A stretch of DNA of 64,000 nt from Candidatus Ozemobacteraceae bacterium (GTDB lineage: Bacteria; Muiribacteriota; Ozemobacteria; Ozemobacterales; Ozemobacteraceae): NCBI GenBank assembly GCA_965140445.1, contig OZ223236.1, forward strand, positions 384,001 to 448,000, written 5' to 3'. This document shows positions 38,007 to 48,543 of the stretch, piece after piece. Position 1 is the stretch's first letter. Each line of letters starts with the position of its first letter. The notes under the pieces were generated by a model. The model worked only from the letters and a program-made list of their open reading frames with translations, did no database searches and had not been told where the DNA came from. Position numbers and translations under genes: made by a program.

Positions 38007-39470
38007 ATGAAAAAATTAAGTATAACGGCCAGAATGGCGGCGCTTTTCCTGATAATCGGATTCATTTTTTCTTTCTCTGCTCAGGTTTCAGCAGCCAAAG
38101 AAGTGGAATTTGAATTCTACTACCAGAATATCGAAAAAGTTATCCAGATCAATGAGCCAGAGCCAAGCGGCTGGTGGGAATTCGCCAAAAGCACGGTTAA
38201 AAAAGGCATTAATATTGTCAAACAAACATGGGAAAGCAATGTGGCGCGCCGGTATTTTCCTGGCGAAGGCAAAAAAACCTGGTATTCAAAAAAAGATCCT
38301 AACCTTGCCTATGAAGTAAACAGAACCAAAGTTACCAGTGAAAGCCAGTTAATGAAATTGATGGGAGCTGGGAGCGAGGCAGAGCTAACAGATGGCCAAA
38401 AAGCACTCCTGGCCGTATACCGCCATTCCAAGAGTCAGGCAGTAAAAGATAGAGCCAAATACAATTATCAATCCAGTATAAAAGTTATGCTTTCTGACAC
38501 AACTGGTTTTGATAATTCGTCAGAGTATCCGAATGTGCGCAAGGATTTCTGGCCTTATTCGCAGGGAAACCTCATCCAGATGTCTTCTGGGCGCTACAAC
38601 TACCCTGGCTCCGATGATGATTCGCAATCTACCTTTGTCCACGAATATTCGCACTCAATGGACAGAACTATTAAAGAAATCATCAACCCATACGGCAAGG
38701 ATGGCTCACATTACTCCAACGAGTTAACGGCACCAAGAGCTGCTTTTGTAGAGGGTTGGGCAGAGTTCAATGAAATGCTGGACTCAGAAGACGAAGTAAG
38801 AGCCATGGAAAACTCCATCAAGAGAGTTCGACTCGAAAGCAAGTCAACCGCCGGGGATTATACACAGGTTAAATCTGACTCCCCTGATCTTAGCGGAAAA
38901 GACTTGATGTCTGTAGAGGGAATCAACGCCATGATCCTCTACCGAATGGCAACCGAAATTCCTGATGGCAAGGAAAAGGTTTTTAAAGCCTTTACCAGCA
39001 CCCGCTGGAAATTGTTCCGAAACCTTAAATCCATGTCCAAATACTTCGCCAGAAAATACCCCGAAGATGCAGCAAAGTTAGCAGAAATTTTTAATGATGA
39101 AACTTTTGGCAAACTTTCTGATAGAGAATTGATGGGGTATGTCGGCTCAAGCGACTCAGTAAAAAATTACATCGCACAGCGTGATTTACCAGTTACAACA
39201 GATGTGGCCGCTCCTATGGGTTCATCAACCCAATCCGCGCCTTCAGCCAGCGCTGCAGCACCAGAATTGCCAGAAAACGCTTTAACAGCTCAGGACTTTT
39301 CAATCTCTTTGCAGAAAGCCCATGAACTAGCTCAAAACGCTTTAAGAGCATATACAACGGCAATACAGAATGGCGCTGCCGCAGAAGAATGCACCAAACT
39401 CCAACAAGAGTTAGTGAAACGTAAATCCTTTTTAAGCAATCTGTTGAAAATACGCAAACACAGGCGATAA
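38007..39470 (+). CDS. Secreted zinc metallopeptidase (gluzincin-like)
   Basis: Signal peptide; FVHEYSH (HExxH) and downstream AFVEGWAEF; Ser/Ala linker; helical C-terminal tail. Confidence 0.75.
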   Translation: MKKLSITARMAALFLIIGFIFSFSAQVSAAKEVEFEFYYQNIEKVIQINEPEPSGWWEFAKSTVKKGINIVKQTWESNVARRYFPGEGKKTWYSKKDPNLAYEVNRTKVTSESQLMKLMGAGSEAELTDGQKALLAVYRHSKSQAVKDRAKYNYQSSIKVMLSDTTGFDNSSEYPNVRKDFWPYSQGNLIQMSSGRYNYPGSDDDSQSTFVHEYSHSMDRTIKEIINPYGKDGSHYSNELTAPRAAFVEGWAEFNEMLDSEDEVRAMENSIKRVRLESKSTAGDYTQVKSDSPDLSGKDLMSVEGINAMILYRMATEIPDGKEKVFKAFTSTRWKLFRNLKSMSKYFARKYPEDAAKLAEIFNDETFGKLSDRELMGYVGSSDSVKNYIAQRDLPVTTDVAAPMGSSTQSAPSASAAAPELPENALTAQDFSISLQKAHELAQNALRAYTTAIQNGAAAEECTKLQQELVKRKSFLSNLLKIRKHRR

Positions 39471-39488
39471 TAGATTTATTCAGATAAG

Positions 39489-39519
39489 AAAAAAAGCACC
39501 TTAAAGGGTGCTTTTTTTT
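39489..39519. terminator. Bidirectional intrinsic terminator
   Basis: A7-GCACC-TTAAAG-GGTGC-T8 between convergent genes. Confidence 0.85.
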
Positions 39520-39569
39520 GCAGTCATATCTTTTCCAGGCATCTTCATTCTCTTGCAGTATTTTTTATT

Positions 39570-42500
39570 TTACCACTCGTAATACTTGCTTTCGCCTTTG
39601 ATATCCAGGTCGTCTTTAGTTGAAAAAATGACGGCATCAGGATGATAACTGGTAGGATAGTCTTGCTTTTGTGTAACTTCCTCAAGCTTTATAGCATCGA
39701 CATAAGTAGCTTTACCAGAACCGTCAACCGAAGTATTTTCAATCAAAATATATGTTTTGCTGGCAATCAAAGGGTTATAGCGATATGGAAACCGTAAAAA
39801 CACCCTATACCAAAGATTGCTGGCACCACTTATGGAATAACCATTCAAAGTTTTTTCAGTGCTTCCAACCACCGCAGTTGGAGGGATTGCATTAATATTC
39901 CCAAGTGAATCAACTTCGACGCCTTGATAACCTGTTGTAATGCCAACTTCATCAGTCAATAGAAACCCGATTCTTGCAGAACCGCTTCCCGGGCAAATGT
40001 ATCCAGAAAGAATGTAGCTTCCAGAGGCAGCTGGAAATGCAGGAAAAGTTAAAGTCGCTATCTCCTGATACAAGCTTCCTTTGTTAAGTCCCTGCGGGCC
40101 GCCAGGAATTATTTCACATTTAAGATCCATCACATCCGACGGCGGTGAACCACCTGTCAAAAGCTGGGTTCCCGGACCGTATTCGCCAAGAGTCAATTCA
40201 ACTGAAATTCTTCCAATCTGCAAAGTTGCAGTGGCATATTCTCCCGGCAAAATGGGTTCTGGTTGAGCAAAACCGAAACTAAGACTGGCAATAGGAATAA
40301 ATTCTGACCCAGAAGCCAGGGAGGTTTTGCTCCATGTTAGCCCTGATATATTTACATTTCCGGTATTTCGGAAAGGAATTTCATAAATGGTAGAAAAGGT
40401 TCCTCTGGCGATTTTTCCGGCATCAAATGTCGCTGGAATAATATCCAAAGCAGAATAAGAATTAATTGGCAAATTCACATCAACGTTTGTAACAGTTTCC
40501 CACGAATCCTTCACATCATTATTGTTTCGGTCATCCCAGAAAGATAATGTGCCAGAATATAGTCCCGGAGGCGTGGTAAATGAATCAACATTAACTGAAA
40601 CAGAGGCTTGCTCAATCGCGGATGGGGCAAGCGCCGGAAAGATTGTCGGCAAAATTGAAATACTCGCCACCGGAATTATATTTCCGCCATTAACAAGGTC
40701 TGTCATAGTAAATTTTAGATGCTTGAAAGTAATCAAACCTGAATTTGAAATTTCCAGACTCTTAGTCGCCGTCCATCCAAGAGGGTCCATGGCTGCGAAA
40801 GTTATTGGATCAGGATTAACTGCAACAAAAGGAGTGACAACCTGGAGCTGAACCAACAAATTAGCATTGGACTCGGTTCCGGAATCAAAAGTGTTCAGTC
40901 CAGGGTTAAAATCATCTTCATAAAAAGTCATGCTTCCGACATAACTACCATCTACAGCTCCATTTGGAATTAGAACTGAAATAGTAGATATCTCGCTGAC
41001 AGGAAATCCCGGCGGGGGCGTAACCATTGCCCCAATAGGATCAGGAATAATAGTTATTTGACTGGTGTTTATAGTTCCTGCCCCAGCTACAAGCGGTTGC
41101 TTGCTGTATCTGGCGTCAAGCAAAGCGGAGTTTCCGATATTTTGCGCAAGAAAGCCAGCAGAAGCAATATCGCCACGAGCCATGATTCCAAAATTTACTG
41201 TATTTGGAACAAGCTTCAGGGCTTTAATGTAATTAGCTGATAACACTACAGGCACCGATGTGGCAGTTTCTCCTGCCTGAATTATATTGTCATCGTTTGA
41301 GTCTTCCCAGGCCCATAGAACGCCAGTATAGGTGCCCGGCGGCTGACCAACCGGGATGTTAACAGAAGTAGAAATCGTTTTGGTCTGAGTCAGAACCATA
41401 GGGCCAATATCTCTGGATGGGTTGAAAGAGAAGGCCGTGGAAGCAATGTTAGTTCCGGGAACAACGGGAGTTAGCTCAGTGGTCTCAACCTTAACTCTCG
41501 ATAGAGTTAGCGAGCCAGTGTTCTTAAGAGAAACAAAAACAGAATTTGTCTGGGAAGCAGCCGCACCGCTCAAATTAATCTGAGGTGGTGAAACCAGAGT
41601 TATTTCCTGATCACCAATCTCAATTCTCAACAATAATGTGCAAAAAGCCTCATCCGGATCGCGGGTGCCGTTAGTATTTACATCAGCATAAATAGTCATA
41701 TTACCGGTAAAAATTCCCAGACTATGTAAAGACGGAACATCTGCAGTTACATCAACATATCTCAATTCCCCGGCATTAATACTCAAAGAAGGGTCTGGAG
41801 TCACAGAAATATTTGCCACATCAAAGAAGCTTGTCCCATCAGTAAGGGAAGCAATTTCGTATCTTACTTCTGATATTGGTAGGCTTCCAGCGTTTCTGAA
41901 GCCAACGGAAATAAGCTTTACCGTTCCTGGCTTTACTCCGCCAAAATCTTCGGTAGTTTTTAAAGAATAAAGCCTGTAAAAGCTTTCTACCACAAATGAA
42001 GCAACCCCGATATCTCTTGGTTCAAAGGAATCCATAATGCCATTGGCGTTTAAATCCTCAAACCATGTGTAAGTAGCAAGATAAGTGCCTGTTCCGGTCC
42101 CCCCGGGGACATAAACCGCTGCTGATGCAGCTGATACTAAGCCAGTTCCAATAAACAATGGCGAATTTAAGGCGATATTGTCAGTTCCAACCAATCCAGG
42201 CTGTTCAATATTTACAAATTCAAGCGAGCTTCCAATAAGCTTACTTAGTGGAACTTGTCCGGTATTTTCTATGTCGGTAAATTGAGTTGGCAAATCAAAA
42301 GTGGGAGTTCCAAACCCATACTCAAAAATATCCGGTAAAAGGGCAAGTGACTGGGTGCCGACCGACCAGCGAATGGTGAAGCTGTCAGATGCTCCGCCAG
42401 AAATGTCATCATAGAGGGTTCCAGTGGCTTCATAAACTCCAGGAGTCATGGTAGCAGGCACATTTATCCACAAGCTTGCGCTTCCAAACCCATTAAAAGC

Positions 42501-45500
42501 CAATGGTCCATAGTTTTCAGGATCAAAGGTAAGATCGGGTATAACCGTAAATTTTAAATCTGTTAAATCCTGATTACCGATTCCCACAAACTCTACAGTA
42601 TAAGAAGCACTAACTCCTCCCGGCTCAATTACTCCGAGATCTATCAGGTCGTCTGTAACAATTGCTTTTGCAATTGATGGTACTCTTACAATAGCTTGAA
42701 CCAGATCATGAGCCTCTTTAACGTCTAATGTGCCAGAAAAGTTCTGATCATCATATATAGCCATTGTAGCAATATAATTCCCTGCTGGCTGGTGGAAAGG
42801 CACCTCGAAGCGAGAGCTGATTATAGTGCTGGTAGTGGTAGCGATAGTAATCGGTAAATCTGGAGCAATCTCAAGATATGAACCAGAAAGAGTTTCAGTA
42901 GCAGTTTTTCTTAAGCTTACTTTTGCGAATTCCACTGTATCAAGAGATCTGTTTCCGGTATTTGTAACAAGCGTTTCAAGCAGATCACTTGTATTGCCCG
43001 GCTCAATATAGCCAAAATCCCAGACATCAGAGGCCAGATCAATTGATTTTTGGAAAATTCTAATAGGATTATTACAGTTAGTCACTGGCGAATAAAGACT
43101 TGCACGGCTATTATCGTCATAAAGCCTTATAGCGCTTGCAGGAGCTCTGATAGAGCAACTTCCTACCAATCCAGAATCTGTTAACGCAACCATAGGCATG
43201 GCAAAAGTGTAAGAAGCACCAGAAGGCAACGAAAACCATCCGCGCGCTGGCAAAGCAGGATTACTAACCGTTCCCTGGCTACCCGCCAGATATTGAAAAT
43301 TGAAGTTTTGCAAATACACCCTGACATTTGTTGTCCATGTTGAATTATTGGTAATTGTAAAATTGGCATAAAAATCATCATTTACATAGTATTCAGGAGC
43401 GCCCAAATCCAGATCCACAGTAAAAGTAGCTGCCATCATCACGTCAAAAAATTGAACGCCAAGAATATTTCCAATTGTCATGGGATCACCGTCTAAATCA
43501 TCGTCAACAACTACCATCCATCTGTTTATAGCTGGGGTATTGGCCGGAATATCATGGAAATGGGAAACAACTCCATCTACGCCGGAATTTAATGGGGTTA
43601 GAATCCCAACACCGGGACCAGTTGGGGGATATGGTTCAGTACTTTCATAGAATCTCATGCGAACATCGGTATTTAGTGGCAGTCCTGAAGCTTTCGCATA
43701 AATAGTTGTTCCATCATTGAAAGAATACTGTTCCTGGCTCAAAGCTGAATTTCGATAACACTCAATCCTAACCAGCTGGATTTCCCATGATTTGGTTTTG
43801 TCCGTTACGGTAACAGGGCTTGGATTATTCACATCACTAAATCTAATCCTGCCAGTCAGTGTTGCCATTCCGGCAGGTGCATTAGTATTGATGTTTACAT
43901 TAAATACGTATGTTGCAATAGTATTTCCAGGCAAAATTGCCGGAATTGTCGGAGAAGCTATGGTGTAACTTCCAAAACCTGGTGTAAAAAGCAACTGCGC
44001 CAGATCAATAAGAGCATCGGCTTCTCCTGAATTTTCGATTGGCATTAAAACTTCGATATTATGCTGCTCGATGTAAACGATGCTTGGCGTGGCAATCAAA
44101 TCGTTAATAGTAACGTTGGCTGGAGTCTGAATTAGACAGTTTGCGGAGGTGGCGTATTCTGCAACCAAAGGCTCAAGACTATTGCCATCAAAACCCGCTG
44201 CGTTTCCTGAAATTGTGAACAAACCCGGGTTAGTTGCTAAAAATTGCCAGGTGGTAGTTGCAGTAGATTCTCCCGGAACCTCAACTGAAGCAGGCAAAGG
44301 TCCAGAAAGAGTTGTTACCGTTCCTGGACCGGTTTCAGTGAGAGCAGATGGAACCATTCCCGTAGCTGCCGCACCGCCAATATTGATTAATCCCATGTCT
44401 CCATTGAAAGTCTGCCCAACTGAAACTTTTTCGGGCAAAACAAGCTCCGCGCTGACAGATGCACTGGTAACAACTCTGAACCCGGTCTGCGCAGGAGAAA
44501 AAGTGTTTACTGGATTAGTAATTTTAACGTTGTAGACGCCGTAGTCAGTATATGGGTTGATTCGCCATTCGGCAGAAAGAGTTCCCGAAGGGTCTGAAAA
44601 GCCGATAGTCGTGGAACCAATGATTTCCGTTCCCGAAGCGTCATACCATCTAATTGCATATTCTTTCAGTGGAGCCAGATTCTCTGCAAGGGCAAAGACT
44701 TTTACAGTGCCAATTTCTGGTCTGGTAAAACTAGTGGTTGGGTATAAAAATGACGGATCTGTGTAGGTGAGAATTTTCTCAGCCAAAATTGTCCATTCAC
44801 CGGGAGATGCTGCCCCTGAAGCATTCAGAACCGTTCCCACGTTTCCATCAAATCCGGTTACGTCTGCATCTATTATGGCTGTTCCGGTTGGTGTGTCTTC
44901 TGCAATTGAAACAAGGACTTTCACGAACTTGCTGTCGCCACCATTGATAGAAACAGGCATGGTTTGACCTGGAATCATGGCAGTATAACTTCCCAGAGTA
45001 AAGTATAGAGGGGAAGATCCTATCAGGCCTTCAGCTTCACCAAGATTGAAAATTTCGACCTCAACTTCGACGTTTCCCTGGCCACGATAAACCGGATCAG
45101 GGTTAACAATCTCACCTACAGAAAGCTCTGCCGGGGATTGAATGATCCAGGAATCCCGTGTCAAAGCAGCACTCGAATCTGTGATCATACCAGGAACCCA
45201 GCCGTTTGTGGCAGATGCTGTCCCGCTAATGTAAGCCAAACCAGATGGAGAATCCGGCAAAACGGCCACCGTAAAACTGACAATTTTTGTTTCATTTGGG
45301 TGAATGACCGGAATATAGCCAGGCCTAAGCTGTGACTGAGGAATGGCTGCTTTCGGAGTAGAAGGACTGGACCAGCTTAGAATAGCTCTTGAGTTACCAG
45401 TTCTTTCATAAAACTCAAAAACCACAGGAATTTTAACGCCTGCAGTACAATTTATGGTTCCACTTCTTTCGGCATTCCCGTTACTCCATCTATCTACCAG

Positions 45501-48476
45501 CAATTGCCCGTCGACCCAAAGGCGGGAACCATCATCTGTGTAAGCATAGAAAGTGTAGGTCTCAGTAAATTGTGGAATAATATATCCAGACCATCTCGCG
45601 CCGTAGTAATCGTTTCCGAGCACTGCAAAGGGGGTTCCCCCGACCCAGTAGTTATCCACGTTATTATCTACCTGAGTTATAACTGGGGGTTCAATCAAGT
45701 TATTGGTTGAGGTATCGGTGGTGAAATACTCGGCATACAAACCTTGAACAGCAGGTGAAAATGTAACTTCCGGGCTCCATGAATAATTACCCAGAGTAAA
45801 AGTTAGCGACGCCCCATTAAGGGTCATGGGAACATATCCTGAAGTATTGGTTATGTGCAATGCAACGGGAATTCCGCCTTGCCCCTTATTTACTTTGTCA
45901 AATGCCGTCTCAGCTTTTGTAATTTCGAGATTTGCTCTTTCTCTGATTCTGTAGCTGCTGTTTACAAGGGCTGCTGAACTGGTTAGAGTCGCCACACCAT
46001 CCCCAGCTTCTGCATAACCATCAACATAGGTCCAGTTATCCAGATTCCCAGAATTTGTGGCAACGGTAATTGAAAAAAGCATCGAAGCCGAAGCTTCTGG
46101 GGCAATCCCGGTGGATAGTGGGCTAATTCTATTCCAGCTCTGACTTGCTGTTGCTGGAGTAAAAGTTAAGGATGCTATTTTTGCATCTAAGGAGCTGGAA
46201 AAATGATTGCTCAAAGTAAAAGTAGCAATCATGGTCTGCCCCTGTGAGACATCTTGTCCATCTTTATCATTGATTGTTTCATCAATGGTTATATAACCAA
46301 CGTTAAGCTTAATTCTATCGACAGAAGGAGTGTCTCCGGCATTGGCCTTTTTAAGCACCAGTCTATACTGTAAATATCTATCATTGGGTAAGCTAAGCGC
46401 AATTGATGAAGAAGCGGCTGTTAGATTGGAAGCCAGCAAATGAGTTAAATTCCAATCCGGCAAGTTTAAATCAGCACCGGTGCGAACATACAAATCAACT
46501 GCTCCTGCACCAGAGATTGTATACTCAAGACTGCCCCAGGTTGGATCGGTACTTTTCCCATCAAAAATTCTGGAATCATAATGCGCAACAGTTGTTAAAC
46601 CAGCCATTGAACACAGGTTTGTGGGGTCCACGTAAGTATTATCAAAGCGCCATGAGTAGCAGGATTGAAAATGATGTATCGGATTTTGGCCAGTCCCGTC
46701 TCTAAGCGGCGAGGCTCTCAAATCTCCCGAGTTATCGGTAATTCTCAGCCATCGGTTTCCATCGGTTGCGCTGATCCCTGCTGTGTGGTGCGGAGGGACA
46801 TTTACTGGATTGTCCCCTGAGCTTGAAGGCACTCCCCAAAGAGCATTGAAATTGAGGGTTCCATACTTAAACGTTACATCTCCCTGGGCATACAAAATTG
46901 TCTGAAACAAGTAGATTTCATTTGTGCTGTTAAAGCGGTTCGCGCTCCAGGTATAAATTTCTCTGTGGCGATACTGGTTTCCAGTGTCACGACGGTAATA
47001 ATACAGTCCGGCATCGCTAGGAACAGTGTCATTGACCATAAGATTGGCCCAGAGCGGGGCAATAAAATGATTGCCATTAGCGCCTGAAAACTCTCCCCAG
47101 GTGTTGTTTGGCTGTGAATAGGGCAAAAATGAGATATATCCATTTGCCGACAGGCTTATTGTGTCGGTAGCATAATCAAAAAATGGAAAAGTAAATCCCA
47201 TGGTTCTTGTGCCAAACTCATCATCAGCTGGGCTCGGGGGATTAGGAATCAGTCTGTAAGTATTGCTTGTTGAATACCATTCAGTCTGACCACGAATCAG
47301 TTTACGGGAAAACCACGGAGTGTAGTCAAATTGTGAAGTTAAAGTGCAGCTGGTCTTAAAATCGTAGGTTGGAGCGGATGCAGATGGGTTTGCGTAATAA
47401 ACCCAATATGTATCCCATAAGTTGTAATATTGGCTAACAATAAAATGAACGTCAAATGATGTAACCCAGGTCCCATCGTTGGTTTCACCCATAACGACCG
47501 AGGGAACTTCATGGCCGTATTCATCAGCAATCCTTGCTTCTGCGGCAGCTCTGCCCGCACTGATTTGACCGGCAGGAACAGTCACCGTATACCGGCAAGG
47601 TGCGTTAAGCTTGGTTCCATAGTAATTCAAGTCAATTCCAGATCTAAGCCTGATCGGCTGCCGCATTCGCCAAAAACCACCACCTGAGTTTTGAAAGTCA
47701 AATGGCGCAACTCCACCAACAGCTTTTGGGGCTGCCATAGTACGATTTGGCGAGTTATTAAAGTAAGTTGACGAGGCATTGTCTTCAAATGGAATATTCA
47801 CATCAATATAGAATGGAAGCGAGTCACAAATAGCTATCCATCTATTGTTATTTGGAGTTCCATAATAGTCAGGTCTGCCAATAAGAATTTCAAGGTAATA
47901 TGGGCCGCCTTCAGGAATGCTCACATCTCTCTGGTATCTTAAAAGCTGATTATTAGAAAAGCTAACAGCGCCATAATTTGAGCCACCTAGCGGAGTAGTT
48001 CTAATTCTATAATAGGTATTAGTCCAGGCTGCTGGGTATGGCCGCCATGAACCATAGAATCGGTCTGTAATCCCATGGGTAAAAATATGGCTGTCGGTAA
48101 GATTCATCACGGGAATAAACCGCATACCTTCTTCTGAATCTGTTGAGATGAGACTATCGCTGCCCACCGCTCTGATTGTGTAATAGAATTCCTGCTCATA
48201 GGAGTAACCCGGTGTATTATCATTAAAAGCCGTTGTATATCCAACCAATCCAACGGGAACTTCAGCACCAGAAGTTGTGCTTCGGCAAATTTGATAGTTT
48301 GTAACGTAACCTGCAGGATTGGCCGGGTTATGGGTCCAGCTTATTCGGTTATAGGTAGCATAAGACTGAACATAAGTGTTAATCGGTGGCTCGGGTTGGG
48401 CATAAGCCAGGCTTGAGAAAATTAAATTCAGAAAGCCGATTAAAAAGAGACTAAGAAGTAGTTTTCTGGGTTTCAT
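39570..48476 (-). CDS. Giant secreted adhesin-like protein (FN3/NIDO-like, PA14, tandem Ig-like repeats)
   Basis: 2968 aa with signal peptide; PA14 motif (GARWSGYI..YTFYAYTDDGSRLWVDG); repeated DFG..N.G..L..VP..P.G.Y units. Confidence 0.8.
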   Translation of the reverse strand: MKPRKLLLSLFLIGFLNLIFSSLAYAQPEPPINTYVQSYATYNRISWTHNPANPAGYVTNYQICRSTTSGAEVPVGLVGYTTAFNDNTPGYSYEQEFYYTIRAVGSDSLISTDSEEGMRFIPVMNLTDSHIFTHGITDRFYGSWRPYPAAWTNTYYRIRTTPLGGSNYGAVSFSNNQLLRYQRDVSIPEGGPYYLEILIGRPDYYGTPNNNRWIAICDSLPFYIDVNIPFEDNASSTYFNNSPNRTMAAPKAVGGVAPFDFQNSGGGFWRMRQPIRLRSGIDLNYYGTKLNAPCRYTVTVPAGQISAGRAAAEARIADEYGHEVPSVVMGETNDGTWVTSFDVHFIVSQYYNLWDTYWVYYANPSASAPTYDFKTSCTLTSQFDYTPWFSRKLIRGQTEWYSTSNTYRLIPNPPSPADDEFGTRTMGFTFPFFDYATDTISLSANGYISFLPYSQPNNTWGEFSGANGNHFIAPLWANLMVNDTVPSDAGLYYYRRDTGNQYRHREIYTWSANRFNSTNEIYLFQTILYAQGDVTFKYGTLNFNALWGVPSSSGDNPVNVPPHHTAGISATDGNRWLRITDNSGDLRASPLRDGTGQNPIHHFQSCYSWRFDNTYVDPTNLCSMAGLTTVAHYDSRIFDGKSTDPTWGSLEYTISGAGAVDLYVRTGADLNLPDWNLTHLLASNLTAASSSIALSLPNDRYLQYRLVLKKANAGDTPSVDRIKLNVGYITIDETINDKDGQDVSQGQTMIATFTLSNHFSSSLDAKIASLTFTPATASQSWNRISPLSTGIAPEASASMLFSITVATNSGNLDNWTYVDGYAEAGDGVATLTSSAALVNSSYRIRERANLEITKAETAFDKVNKGQGGIPVALHITNTSGYVPMTLNGASLTFTLGNYSWSPEVTFSPAVQGLYAEYFTTDTSTNNLIEPPVITQVDNNVDNYWVGGTPFAVLGNDYYGARWSGYIIPQFTETYTFYAYTDDGSRLWVDGQLLVDRWSNGNAERSGTINCTAGVKIPVVFEFYERTGNSRAILSWSSPSTPKAAIPQSQLRPGYIPVIHPNETKIVSFTVAVLPDSPSGLAYISGTASATNGWVPGMITDSSAALTRDSWIIQSPAELSVGEIVNPDPVYRGQGNVEVEVEIFNLGEAEGLIGSSPLYFTLGSYTAMIPGQTMPVSINGGDSKFVKVLVSIAEDTPTGTAIIDADVTGFDGNVGTVLNASGAASPGEWTILAEKILTYTDPSFLYPTTSFTRPEIGTVKVFALAENLAPLKEYAIRWYDASGTEIIGSTTIGFSDPSGTLSAEWRINPYTDYGVYNVKITNPVNTFSPAQTGFRVVTSASVSAELVLPEKVSVGQTFNGDMGLINIGGAAATGMVPSALTETGPGTVTTLSGPLPASVEVPGESTATTTWQFLATNPGLFTISGNAAGFDGNSLEPLVAEYATSANCLIQTPANVTINDLIATPSIVYIEQHNIEVLMPIENSGEADALIDLAQLLFTPGFGSYTIASPTIPAILPGNTIATYVFNVNINTNAPAGMATLTGRIRFSDVNNPSPVTVTDKTKSWEIQLVRIECYRNSALSQEQYSFNDGTTIYAKASGLPLNTDVRMRFYESTEPYPPTGPGVGILTPLNSGVDGVVSHFHDIPANTPAINRWMVVVDDDLDGDPMTIGNILGVQFFDVMMAATFTVDLDLGAPEYYVNDDFYANFTITNNSTWTTNVRVYLQNFNFQYLAGSQGTVSNPALPARGWFSLPSGASYTFAMPMVALTDSGLVGSCSIRAPASAIRLYDDNSRASLYSPVTNCNNPIRIFQKSIDLASDVWDFGYIEPGNTSDLLETLVTNTGNRSLDTVEFAKVSLRKTATETLSGSYLEIAPDLPITIATTTSTIISSRFEVPFHQPAGNYIATMAIYDDQNFSGTLDVKEAHDLVQAIVRVPSIAKAIVTDDLIDLGVIEPGGVSASYTVEFVGIGNQDLTDLKFTVIPDLTFDPENYGPLAFNGFGSASLWINVPATMTPGVYEATGTLYDDISGGASDSFTIRWSVGTQSLALLPDIFEYGFGTPTFDLPTQFTDIENTGQVPLSKLIGSSLEFVNIEQPGLVGTDNIALNSPLFIGTGLVSAASAAVYVPGGTGTGTYLATYTWFEDLNANGIMDSFEPRDIGVASFVVESFYRLYSLKTTEDFGGVKPGTVKLISVGFRNAGSLPISEVRYEIASLTDGTSFFDVANISVTPDPSLSINAGELRYVDVTADVPSLHSLGIFTGNMTIYADVNTNGTRDPDEAFCTLLLRIEIGDQEITLVSPPQINLSGAAASQTNSVFVSLKNTGSLTLSRVKVETTELTPVVPGTNIASTAFSFNPSRDIGPMVLTQTKTISTSVNIPVGQPPGTYTGVLWAWEDSNDDNIIQAGETATSVPVVLSANYIKALKLVPNTVNFGIMARGDIASAGFLAQNIGNSALLDARYSKQPLVAGAGTINTSQITIIPDPIGAMVTPPPGFPVSEISTISVLIPNGAVDGSYVGSMTFYEDDFNPGLNTFDSGTESNANLLVQLQVVTPFVAVNPDPITFAAMDPLGWTATKSLEISNSGLITFKHLKFTMTDLVNGGNIIPVASISILPTIFPALAPSAIEQASVSVNVDSFTTPPGLYSGTLSFWDDRNNNDVKDSWETVTNVDVNLPINSYSALDIIPATFDAGKIARGTFSTIYEIPFRNTGNVNISGLTWSKTSLASGSEFIPIASLSFGFAQPEPILPGEYATATLQIGRISVELTLGEYGPGTQLLTGGSPPSDVMDLKCEIIPGGPQGLNKGSLYQEIATLTFPAFPAASGSYILSGYICPGSGSARIGFLLTDEVGITTGYQGVEVDSLGNINAIPPTAVVGSTEKTLNGYSISGASNLWYRVFLRFPYRYNPLIASKTYILIENTSVDGSGKATYVDAIKLEEVTQKQDYPTSYHPDAVIFSTKDDLDIKGESKYYEW

Positions 48477-48543
48477 AGCAAGCTATACTGGTTCGTAAAA
48501 AGCCACTTTAGTAGCTAAAAAGTCTAAACCACTCCTCTTTTGT

